Of a stretch of DNA of 64,000 nt, positions 1 through 12,900 are shown in pieces. Location of the stretch: NCBI RefSeq assembly GCF_009914755.1, contig NC_060933.1. The stretch is one strand, 5' to 3'. The notes under the pieces were generated by a model. It saw nothing but the letters and a program-made list of their open reading frames with translations, ran no database searches and had not been told where the DNA came from. Source of the DNA: the human T2T-CHM13v2.0 reference genome, Homo sapiens. Within the stretch, counting starts at the first letter, position 1. Each line of letters begins with the position of its first letter. The translations under genes and the position numbers were made by a program.

Positions 1-475
1 TGCAGGGGAATGGAATGGAATGGAATGCAATGGAATGGAATCAACCCGAGTGCAATAGAATGGAATCGAATGGAATGGAATGCAATGGAATGGATTCAAC
101 TTGAATGGAATGGAAAGAATGGAATCAACACGAGTGGAATGGCATGGATTGGAATGGAATGGAATGGAATCAACCCGAGTACAGGGGAATGGAATGGAAT
201 GGAATGCAATGGAATGGAATCATCCGTAATGGAATGCAAAGGAATGGAATGGAATGGAATGGAATGGAATGGAATGGAATCAACTCGATTGCAATCGAAT
301 GGAATGGAATGGAATTAACCCGAATAGAATGGAATGGAATGGAATGGAACGGAACGGAATGGAATGGAATGGAATGGAATGGAATGGAACGGAACGGAAC
401 GGAGTGGAATGGAATGGAATGGAATGGAATCAACGCGAGTGCAGGGGAATGGAATGGAATGGAATGCAATGGAAT

Positions 476-490
476 GGAATCTTCCGGAAT
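476..490. promoter_or_regulatory. Canonical three-unit heat-shock element nGAAnnTTCnnGAAn (representative of about 37 copies)
   Basis: gGAAt-cTTCc-gGAAt is an exact match to three contiguous inverted nGAAn units. The motif match is direct; HSF1 occupancy is inferred. Confidence 0.65.
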
Positions 491-2160
491 GGAATGGAAT
501 TGAATGGAATGGAATGAAATGCAATGGATTCAACTCGATTGCAATGGAATGGAATAGAATGGAACGGAATGGAATGCAATGGAATTAATCCCAATAGAAT
601 GGAAAGGAATGGAATGGAACGGAATGGAACGGAATGGAATGGAATGGAATGGAACGGAATGGTATGGAATGGAATGGAATGGTACGGAATAGAATGGAAT
701 GGAACGAATTGTAAAGGAATGGAATTGAATGGAATGGAATGGAATGGAATGGAATGGAATGGAATCAACGCGAGTGCAGGGGAATGTAATGGAACGGAAT
801 GCAATAGAATGGAATCATCCGGAATGGAATGGAATGGAATGGAATGGAATGGAATGGAATGGAACGGAACGGAACGGAACGGAATGGAATGGAATGGAAT
901 GGAATGGAACGGAAAGGAATGGAATGGAATGGAATGGAATGGAATGGAATGGAATGGAATCAACGCGAGTGCCGGGGAATGGAATGGAATGGAATGGAAT
1001 CAACTCGATTGGAATGGAATGGAATGGAATGGAATGGAATTAACCCGAATAGAATGGAATGGAATGGAATGGAACGGAACGGAATGGAATGGAATGGAAT
1101 GGAATGGAATGGAATGGAAACAACCCTACTGCAGGGGAATGGAATGGAATGGAATGCAATGGAATGGATTCAACTTGAATGGAATGGAAAGAATGGAATC
1201 AACACGAGTGGAATGGCATGGATTGGAATGGAATGGAATGGAATCAACCCGAGTACACGGGAATGGAATGGAATGGAATGCAATGGAATGGAATCATCCG
1301 TAATGGAATGGAAAGGAATGGAATGGAATGGAATGGAATGGAATGGAATGGAATCAACTCGATTGCAATCGAATGGAATGGAATGGAATTAACCCGAATA
1401 GAATGGAATGGTACGGAACGGAATGGAATGGAATGGAATGGAATGGATTGGAATGGAATGGAATGGAATGGAATGGAATGGAATCAACGCGAGTGCAGGG
1501 GAATGGAATGGAATGGAATGCAATGGAATGGAATCTTCCGGAATGGAACGGAATGGAATGGAATGGAATGGAATGGAATGGAATGGAATGGAACAACCCG
1601 AATGGAATGGAATGTAATGGGGAGTGTAATGGAGAGTGTAAACCCGAGTGCAATGGAATGGAGTGGAATGGAATGGAATGGAATGGAACAACCCGAATGG
1701 AATGGAATGTAATGGAGAGTAAGGGAGTTGAATAGAATCAATACGAATGTAATGGAATGGAATGGAACGGAATGGAATTGAATGGAATGGAATGGAATGC
1801 AATGGAATGGAATCAACCCGAGTTCAATGGAATGGAGAGGAATGGAATGGAATGGAATGGAAACTACCCGAATGGAATGGAATGTAATGGAGTGTAAGGG
1901 AATTGAATAGAATCAATCCGAATGTAATGGAATGGAATGGAACGGAATGGAATGGAATGGAATGGAATGGAATGGAATGGAATGGAATGCAATGGAATGG
2001 AATCAACCCGAGTGCAATCGAATGGAATCGAATGGAATGGAATGCAATGGAATGGATTCAACTTGAATGGAATGGAAAGAATGGAATCAACACGCGTGGA
2101 AGGGCATGGATTGGAATGCAATGGAATGGACTCAACCCGAGTACAGGGGAATGGAATGGA

Positions 2161-2355
2161 ATGGAATGCAATGGAATGGAATCATCCGTAATGGAATGGA
2201 AAGGAATGGAATGGAATGGAATGGAATGGATTCAACTCGATTGCAATGGAATGGATTGGAATGGAATGCAATGGAATGGAATCATCCGTAATGGAATGGA
2301 AAGGAATGGAATGGAATGGAATGGAATGGATTCAACTCGATTGCAATGGAATGGA
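2161..2355 (+). repeat. 100-bp local tandem duplication
   Basis: 2161-2255 equals 2261-2355, with ATCATCCGTA at 2181/2281 and TTCAACTCGA at 2231/2331. Confidence 0.85.
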
Positions 2356-2954
2356 ATACAATGGAATGGAATGGAATGGAATGGAATGGAATTAATCCGA
2401 ATAGAATGGAATGGAATGGAATGGAACGGAATGGAACGGAATGGAATGGAATGGAAAGGTATGGAATGGAATGGAAAGGTACGGAATAGAATGGAATGTA
2501 ACGAATTGTAATGGAATGGAATTGAATGGAATGGAATGGAATGGAATGGAATCAACGCGAGTGCAGGGGAATGTAATGGAACGGAATGCAATGGAATGGA
2601 ATCATCCGGAATGGAATGGAATGGAATGGAATGGGATGGATTAAACCCGAGTGCAATGGAATGGAGTGGAATGGAATGGAATGGAATGGAACAACCCGAA
2701 TGGAATGGAATGGAATGGAGAGTAAGGGAGTTGAATAGAATCAATCCGAATGTAATGGAATGGAATGCAACAGAATGGAATGGAATGGAATGCAATGGAA
2801 TTGAATCAACCTGAGTACAATGGAATGGAATGGAATGGAATGGAATGAAATGGAATGGAATGGAATGGAATGATACGGAATAGAATGGAATGGAACGAAA
2901 TGGAATGGAATGGAATGGAATGGAATGGAATGGAATGGAATGGAATGGAATGGA

Positions 2955-3060
2955 ATCGTTCCGAGTGGAATAGGAGGGAATGTTTTCGAGTGGAATGGAA
3001 AGGAATGGAATCAACCAGAGTGGAATGGAAGGGGATGGAATGGAATGGAAACTAATAGAA
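2955..3060 (+). repeat. Minor, highly diverged module ATCGTTCCGAGTGGAATAGGAGGGAATGT(A/T)TTCGAG...CAACCAGAGT...GAAACTAATAG (representative of 12 copies)
   Basis: Starts seen at 2955, 18385, 28816, 29880, 32106, 32775, 37426, 40361, 43487, 43822 (variant), 54724 and 62741 (truncated 3'). Confidence 0.85.
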
Positions 3061-3499
3061 TGGAATCAACCCGAGTGGAATGGAATGGAAAGGACTGGAA
3101 TGGAATGGAATGGAATGGGATCAACTCGATTGTAAAGGAATGGAATGGAATGGAATGGAATTAACCCGAATAAAATGCAATGGAATGTAATGGACCGGAA
3201 TGGAGTGGAATGGAATGGAATCAACCCGAGTGCAGGGGAATGGAATGGAATGGAATGCAATGGAATGGAATCATCCGGAATGGAATGGAATGGAATGGAA
3301 TGCAAAGCAATGGAATCAACTCGATTGCAACGGAATGGTATGGAATGGAAAGGAATACATTGGAATCAACCCGAGTGGAATGGAATGGAAAGGACTGGAA
3401 TGGAGTGGAATGGAATGGAATGGAATGGAATGGAATCAACTCGATTGGAATGGAATGGAATGGAATGGAATGGAATGGAATTAACCCGAATAGAATGGA

Positions 3500-4420
3500 A
3501 TGGAATGGAATGGAACGGAACGGAATGGAATGGAATGGAATGGAATGGAATGCAATGGAATGGAATGGAAACAACCCTACTGCAGGGGAATGGAATGGAA
3601 TGGAATGCAATGGAATGGATTCAACTTGAATGGAATGGAAAGAATGGAATCAACACGAGTGGAATGGCATGGATTGGAATGGAATGGAATGGAATCAACC
3701 CGAGTACACGGGAATGGAATGGAATGGAATGCAATGGAATGGAATCATCCGTAATGGAATGGAAAGGAATGGAATGGAATCGAATGGAATGGAATGGAAT
3801 CAACTCGATTGCAATCGAATGGAATGGAATGGAATTAACCCGAATAGAATGGAATGGAATGGAATGGAACGGAACGGAACGGAATGGAATGGATTGGAAT
3901 GGAATGGAACGGAAAGGAATGGAATGGAATGGAATGGAATGGAATGGAATGGAATCAACGCGAGTGCAGGGGAATGGAATGGAATGGAATGGAATCAACT
4001 CGATTGGAATGGAATGGAATGGAATGGAACGGAACGGAATGGAATGGAATGGAATGGAATGGAATGGAATGGAAACAACCCTACTGCAGGGGAATGGAAT
4101 GGAATGGAATGCAATGGAATGGATTCAACTTGAATGGAATGGAAAGAATGGAATCAACACGAGTGGAATGGCATGGATTGGAATGGAATGGAATGGAATC
4201 AACCCGAGTACACGGGAATGGAATGGAATGGAATGCAATGGAATGGAATCATCCGTAATGGAATGGAAAGGAATGGAATGGAATGGAATGGAAAGGAATG
4301 GAATGGAATCAACTCGATTGCAATCGAATGGAATGGAATGGAATTAACCCAAATAGAATGGAATGGAATGGAATGGAACGGAACGGAATGGAATGGAATG
4401 GAATGGAACGGAAAGGAAGG
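3500..4420 (+). repeat. About 504-bp tandem duplication, with a third copy at about 1050-1400
   Basis: Rare variants are shared: ACAACCCTACTGCAGGGG at 3571/4075 (also 1120) and GAGTACACGGG at 3702/4206 (also 1251). Matching ORFs start at 3630 and 4134. Confidence 0.8.
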
Positions 4421-7400
4421 GAATGGAATGGAATAGAATGGAATGGAATGGAATCAACGTGAGTGCAGGGGAATGGAATGGAATGGAATGCAATGGAATG
4501 GAATAATCCGCAATGGAATGGAATGGAATGGAATGGAATGGAATCAACCCGAGTGCAATGGAATGGACTGGAATGGAATGGAATGGAATGGAACAACCCT
4601 AATGGAATGGAATGTAATGGAGAGTAAGGGAGTTGAATAGAATCAATCCGAATGTAATGGAATGGAATGCAACGGAATGGAATGGAATGGAATGGAATGG
4701 AATGCAATGGAATTGAGTCAACCCGAGTACAATGGAATGGAATGGAATGGAATGGAATGGAAGGGAATGGAATGGAATGATACGGAATAGAATGGAATGG
4801 AACGAAATGGAATGGAATGGAATGGAATGGAATGGAATGGAATGGAATTAACCCGAATAAAATGCAATGGAATGGAATGGATCGGAATGGAGTGGAATGG
4901 AATGGAATCAACCCGAGTGCAGGGGAATGGAATGGAATGGAATGCAAAGCAATGGAATCAACTCGATTGCAATGGAATGGAATGGAATGGAAAGGAATAC
5001 ATTGGAATCAACCCGAGTGGAATGGAATGGAAAGGACTGGAATGCAGTGGAATGGAATGGAATGGAATGGAATGGAATCAACTCGATTGGAATGGAATGG
5101 AATGGAATGGAATGGAATGGAATGGAATTAACCCGAATAGAATGGAATGGAATGGAATGGAAAGGAACGGAACGGAACGGAATGGAATGGAATGGAATGG
5201 AATGGAATGGAAACAACCCGACTGCAGGGGAATGGAATGGAATGGAATGCAATGGAATGGATTCAACTTGAATGGAATGGAAAGAATGGAATCAACACGA
5301 GTGGAATGGCATGGATTGGAATGGAATGGAATGGAATCAACCCGAGTACAGGGGAATGGAATGGAATGGAATGCAATGGAATGGAATCATCCGTAATGCA
5401 ATGGAAAGGAATGGAATGGAATGGAATGGAATGGAATCAACTGGATTGCAATGGAATGGAATGGAATGGAATTAACCCGAATAGAATGGAATGGAATGGA
5501 ATGGAACGGAACGGAACGGAATGGAACGGATTGGAATGGAATGGAATGGAATGGAATGGAACGGGAAGGAATGGAATGGAATGGAATGGAAAGGAATGGA
5601 ATCAACGCGAGTGCAGGGGAATGGAATGGAATGGAATGCAATGGAATGGAATCTTCCGGAATGGAATGGAATGGAATGGAATGGAATGGAATGGAATGGA
5701 ATAAACCCGAGTGCAATGGAATGGAGTGGAATGGAATGGAATGGAATGGAACAACCCGAATGGAATGGAATGTAATGGAGAGTAAGGGAGTTGAATAGAA
5801 TCAATCCGAATGTAATGGAATGGAATGGAACGGAATGGAATTGAATGGAATGGAATGGAATGCAATGGAATGGAATCAACCCGAGTTCAATGGAATGGAG
5901 AGGAATGGAATGGAATGGAATGGAAACTATCCGAATGGAATGGAATGTAATGGAGTGTAAGGGAATTGAATAGAATCAATCCGAATGTAATGGAATGGAA
6001 TGGAACGGAATGGAATGGAATGGAATGGAATGGAATGGAATGGAATGCAATGGAATGGAATCAACCCGAGTGTAATCGAATGGAATCGAATGGAATGGAA
6101 TGCAATGGAATGGATTCAACTTGAATGGAATGGAAAGAATGGAATCAACACGAGTGGAATGGCATGGATTGGAATGGAATGGAATGGAATCAACCCGAGT
6201 ACAGGGGAATGGAATGGAATGGAATGCAATGGAATGGAATCATCCGTAATGGAATGGAAAGGAATGGAATGGAATGGAATGGAATGGAATGGAATGGAAT
6301 GGAATGGAATCAACTCGATTGCAATCGAATGGAATGGAATGGAATTAACCCGAATAGACTGGAATGGAATGGAATGGAATGGAACGTAATGGAATGGAAT
6401 GGAAAGGAATGGAATGGAATGGAACGGAACGGAATCGAATGGAATGGAATGGAATGGAATGGAATAAACGCGAGTGCAGGGGAATGGAATGGAATGGAAT
6501 GCAATGGAATGGAATCTTCCGGAATGGAATGGAATGGAATGGAATGGAATGGAATGAAATGCAATGGATTCAACTCGATTGCAATGGAATGGAATACAAT
6601 GGAATGGAATGGAATTAATCCGAATAGAATGGAATGGAATGGAATGGAACGGAACAGAACGGAACGGAACGGAACGGAGTGGAATGGAATGGAATGGAAT
6701 TGTATAGAATGGAATGGCATGGTACGGAATAGAATGGAATGGAAAGAATTGGAATGGAATGGAATCGAATGGAATGGAATGGAATGGAATGGTATCAACC
6801 CGAGTGCAAGGGAATGTAATGGAACGGAATGCAATGGAATGGAATCATCCGGAATGGAATGGCATGGAATGGAATGGAATGGAATGGAATGGAATCAACC
6901 CGAGTGCAATGGATTGGAGTGGAATGGAATGGAATGGAATGGAACAACCCGAATGGAATGGAATGTAATGGAGAGTAAGGGAGTTGAATAGAATCAATCC
7001 GAATGTAATGGAATGGAACGGAATGGAATGGAATGGAATGGAATGGAATGCAATGGAATGGAATCAACCCGAGTACAATGGAACGGAATGTAATGTAATG
7101 TAATGGAATGGAATGGAATGGAATGGAATGGAATGGAATGGAATGGAATCAACCCGAATGCAATGGAATGGAGAGGAATGGAATGGAATGGAATGGAAAC
7201 TACCCGAATGGAATGGAATGTAATGGAGTGTAAGGGAATTGAATAGAATCAATCCGAATGGAATTTAATGGAATGGAACGGAATGTAATGGAATGGAATG
7301 GAATGGAATCAACCCGAGTGCAGGGGAATGGAATGGAATGGAATGCAATGTAATGCAATCATCCGGAATGGAATGGAATGGAATGGAATGGAATGGAATG

Positions 7401-9989
7401 GAATGGAATCAACCCGAGTGCAATGGAATGGAGTGAAATGGAATGGAATGGAATGGAAACAACCAGAATGGATTGGAATATAATGGAGTGTAAGGGAATT
7501 GAATAGAATCAATCTGAATGTAATGAAATGGAATGGAACGGAATGTAATGTAATGGAATGGAATGCAATGCAATGGAATGGAATCAACCCGAGTGCAATC
7601 GAATGGAATCGAATGGAATGGAATGCAATGCAATGCATTCAACTTGAATGGAAAGGAAAGAATGGAATCAACACGAGTGGAATGGCATTTATTGGAATGG
7701 AATGGAATGGAATCAACCCGAGTACAGGGGAATGGAATGGAATGGAATGCAATGGAATGGAATCATCAGTAATGGAATGGAAAGGAATGGAAAGGACTGG
7801 AATGGAATGGAATGGAATGGAATGGAATGGAATCAACTCGATTGCAATCGAATGGAATGGAATGGAATTAACCCGAATAGAATGGAATGGAATGGAATGG
7901 AACGGAACGGAATGGAATGGAATGGAATGGAATGGAATCAACGCGAGTGCAGGGGAATGCAATGGAATCGAATGGAATGGAAAGGAATGGAATGGAATCA
8001 ACCCGAGTGCAGGGGAATGTAATAGAACGGAATGCAATGGAATGGAATCATCCGGAATGGAATGGAATGGAATGGAATGGAATCAACCCGAGTGCAATGG
8101 AATGGAGTGGAATGGAATGGAATGGAATGGAACAACCCGAATGGAATGTAATGTAATGGAGAGTAAGGGAGTTGAAAAGAATCAATCCGAATGTAATGGA
8201 ATGGAATGGAACGGAATGGAATGGAATGGAATGGAATGCAAGGGAATGCAATGGAATGGAATCAACCCGAGTACAATGGAATGGAATGGAATGGAAGGAA
8301 AGGAATGGAATGGAATGGAATGGAATGCAATGGAATTGAATGGAATGCAATGGATTCAACTCGATTGCAATGGAATGGAATAGAATGGAATGGAATGGAA
8401 TGGAATGGAATGGAATTAAACCGAGTAGAATGGAATGGAATGGAATGGAACGGAAAAGAACGGAACGGAACGGAAAGGAGTGGAATGGAATGGAATGGAA
8501 TTGTATGGAATGGAATGGAATGGTACGGAATAGAATGGAATGGAAAGAATTGGAATGGAATGGAATTGAATGGAATGGAATGGAATGGAATGGAATGGAA
8601 TGGAATCAACCCGAGTGCAGGGGAATGTAATGGAACGGAATGCAATGGAATGGAATCATCCGGAATGGAATGGAATGGAATGGAATGGAATGGAATGGAA
8701 TGGAATGGAATGGAATCAACCTGAGCGCAATGGAATGGAGTGAAATGGAATGGAATGGAATGGAGACAACCAGAATTGATTGGAATATAATGGAGTGTAA
8801 GGGAATTGAATAGAATCAATCTGAATGTAATGAAATGGAATGGAACGGAATGGAATGGAATGTAATGGAATGGAATGGAATGCAATGGAATGGAATCAAC
8901 CCGAGTGCAATCGAATGGAATCGAATGGAATGGAATGCAATGGAATGGATTCAACTTGAATGGAATGGAAAGAATGGAATCAACACGAGTGGAATGGCAT
9001 GGATTGGAATGGAATGGAATGGAATCAACCCGAGTATAGGGGAATGGAATGGAATGCAATGCAATGGAATGGAATCATCCGTAATGGAATGGAAAGGAAT
9101 GGAATGGAATGGAATGGAATGGAATGGAATGGAATCAACTCGATTGCAATCGAATGGAATGGAATGGAATTAACCCGAATAGAATGGAATGCAATGGAAT
9201 GGAACGGAACGGAATGGAATGGAATGGAATGGAATGGAATGGAATGGAACGGAAAGGAAGGGAATGGAATGGAATAGAATGGAATGGAATGGAATCAACG
9301 CGAGTGCAGGGGAATGGAATGGAATGGAATGCAATGGAATGGAATCTTCCGGAATGGAATGGAATGGAATGGAATGGAATGGAATGGAATCAACCCGAGT
9401 GCAATGGAATGGAGTGGAATGGAATGGAATGGAAGGGAACAACCCGAATGGAATGGAATGGAATGGAGAGTAAGGGAGTTGAATAGAATTAATCCGAATG
9501 TAATGGAATGGAATGGAACGGAATGGAATTGAATGGAATGGAATGGAATGCAATGGAATGGAATCAACCCGAGTGCAATGGAATGGAGAGGAATGGAATG
9601 GAATGGAATGGAAACTACCCGAATGGAATGGAATGTAATGGAGTGTAAGGGAATTGAATAGAATCAATCCGAATGTAATGGAATGGAATGGAACGGAATG
9701 GAATGGAATGGAATGGAATGGAATGGAATGGAATGCAATGGAATGTAATCAACCCGAGTGTAATCGAATGGAATCGAATGGAATGGAATGCAATGGAATG
9801 GATTCAACTTGAATGGAATGGAAAGAATGGAATCAACACGAGTGGAATGGCATGGATTGGAATGGAATGGAATGGAATCGACACGAGTACAGGGGAATGG
9901 AATGGAATGGAATGCAATGGAATGGAATCATCCGTAATGGAATGGAAAGGAATGGAATGGAATGGAATGGAATGGAATGGAATGCAATC

Positions 9990-12900
9990 AACTCGATTGC
10001 AATCGAATGGAATGGAATGGAATTAACCCGAATAGACTGGAATGGAATGGAATGGAACGGAACGTAATGGAATGGAATGGAATGGAATGGAATGGAATGG
10101 AACGGAACGGAACGGAATGGAATGGAATGGAATGGAATGGAATGGAATGGAATCAACGCGAGTGCAGGGGAATGGAATGGAATGGAATGCAATGGAATGG
10201 AATCTTCCGGAATGGAATGGAATGGAATGGAATGGAATGAAATGCAATGGATTCAACTCGATTGCAATGGAATGGAATACAATGGAATGGAATGGAATGG
10301 AATGGAATTAATCCGAATAGAATGGAATGGAATGGAATGGAACGGAATGGAACGGAACGGAATGGAATGGAATGGAATGGAATGGAATGGAATGGTATGG
10401 AATGGAATGGAATGGTACGGAATAGAATGGAATGGAACGAATTGTAATGGAATAGAACTGAATGGAATGGAATGGAATGGAATGGAATGGAATCAACGCG
10501 AGTGCAGGGGAATGTAATGGAACGGAATGCAATGGAATGGAATCATCCGGAATGGAATGGAATGGAATGGAATGGAATGGAATGGAATCAACCCGAGTGC
10601 AATGGAATGGAGTGGAATGGAATGGAATGGAATGGAACAACCCGAATGGAATGGAATGAAATGGAGAGTAAGGGAGTTGCATAGAATCAATCCGAATGTA
10701 ATGGAATGGAATGCAACGGAATGGAATGGAATGGAATGGAATGGAATGCAATGGAATGGAATCAACCCGAGTACAATGGAATGGAATGGAATGGAATGGA
10801 ATGGAATGGAATGGAATGGAATGGAATGCAATGGATTCAACTCGATTGCAATGGAATGGAATAGAATGGAATGGAATGGAATGGAATGGAATTAAACCGA
10901 ATAGAATGGAATGGAATGGAATGGAACGGAACGGAACGGACCGGAACGGAAGGGAGTGGAATGGAAAGGAATGGAATTGTATGGAATGGAATGGCATGGT
11001 ACGGAATAGAATGGAATGGAAAGATTTGGAATGTAATGGAATCGAATGGAATGGAATGGAATGGAATGGAATCAACCCGAATGCAGGGGAATGTAATGGA
11101 ACGGAATGCAATGGAATGGAATCATCCGGAATGGAATGGAATGGAATGGAATGGAATGGAATCAACCCGAGTGCAATGGAATGGAGTTACATAGAATGGA
11201 ATGGAATGGAACAACCAGAATGGAATGGAAAGGAATGGAGAGTAAGGGAGTTCAATAGAATCAATCCGAATGTAATGGAATGGAACGGAATGGAACGGAA
11301 TGGAATGGAATGGAATGGAATGGAATGGAATGCAATGGAATGGAATCAACCCTAGTACAATGGAACGGAATGGAATGGAAGGTAATGGAATGGAATGGAA
11401 TGGAATGGAATGGAATGGAATCAACCCGAGTGCAATGGAATGGAGAGGAATGGAATGGAATGGAATGGAAACTACCCGAATGGAATGGAATGTAATGGAG
11501 TGTAAGGGAATTGAATAGAATCAATCCGAATGGAATGGAATGGAATGGAACAGAATGTAATGGAATGGAATGGAATGGAATCAACCGGAGTGCAGGGGAA
11601 TGGAATGGAATGGAATGCAATGGAATGGAATCATCCGGAATGGAATGGAATGGAATGCAATGTAATGGAATGGAATGGAATCAACCCGAGTGCAATGGAA
11701 TGGAGTGAAATGGAATGGAATGGAATGGAATGGAAACAACCAGAATGGATTGGAATATAATGGAGTGTAAGGGAATTGAATACAATAAATCTGAATGTAA
11801 TGAAATGGAATGGAACGGAATGGAATGGAATGGAATGGAATGGAATGGAATGCAATGGAATGAAATCAACCCGAGTGCAATCGAATGGAATCGAATGGAA
11901 TGGAATGCAATGGAATGGATTCAACTTGAATGGAATAGAAAGAATGGAAACAACACGAGTGGAATGGCATGGATTGGAATGGAATGGAATGGAATCAACC
12001 CGAGTACAGGGGAAAGGAATGGAATGGAATGCGATGGAATGGAATCATCCGTAATGGAATGGAAAGGAATGGAATGGAATGGAATGGAATGGAATGGAAT
12101 GGAATCAACTCGATTGCAATCGAATGGAATGGAATGGAATTAACCCGAATAGACTGGAATGGAATGGAATGGAACGGAACGTAATGGAATGGAATGGAAT
12201 GGAATGGAATGGAACAGAACGGAACGGAATGGAATGGAATGGAATGGAATGGAATGGAATGGAATGGAATCAACGCGAGTGCAGGGGAATGGAATGGAAT
12301 GGAATGCAATGGAATGGAATCTTCCGGAATGGAATGGAATGGAATGGAATGGAATGAAATGCAATGGATTCAACTCGATTGCAATGGAATGGAATACAAT
12401 GGAATGGAATGGAATGGAATGGAATTAATCCGAATAGAATGGAATGGAATGGAATGGAAAGGAATGGAACGGAACGGAATGGAATGGAATGGAATGGAAT
12501 GGAATGGAATGGTATGGAATGGAATGGAATGGTACAGAATAGAATGGAATGGAACGAATTGTAATGGAATAGAATTGAATGGAATGGAATGGAATGGAAT
12601 GGAATGGAATGGAATCAACGCGAGTGCAGGGGAATGTAATGGAACGGAATGCAATGGAATGGAATCATCCGGAATGGAATGGAATGGAATGGAATGGAAT
12701 GGAATCAACCCAAGTGCAATGGAATGGAGTGGAATGGAATGGAATGGAATGGAACAACCCGAATGGAATGGAATGAAATGGAGAGTAAGGGAGTTGCATA
12801 GAATCAATCCGAATGTAATGGAATGGAATGCAACGGAATGGAATGGAATGGAATGGAATGGAATGCAATGGAATGGAATCAACCCGAGTACAATGGAATG

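Noticed and set aside
1730-1750. DUX4 or other homeodomain site in GAATAGAATCAATCC
   Set aside because: It does not match TAAYCYAATCA. Only a short AATCAAT core is present, which is insufficient to call.
2968-2982. AGGAGG in module H as a Shine-Dalgarno site before ATG
   Set aside because: It is a chance product of diverged pentamers (AGGAG GGAAT) in eukaryotic satellite, and the downstream frame is just repeat.
11784-11789. AATAAA hexamers (module G variant TACAATAAATC; also GGAATAAAC) as polyadenylation signals
   Set aside because: They are single-substitution variants of AATCAA with no GU/U-rich downstream element, so they cannot be supported without 3'-end data.
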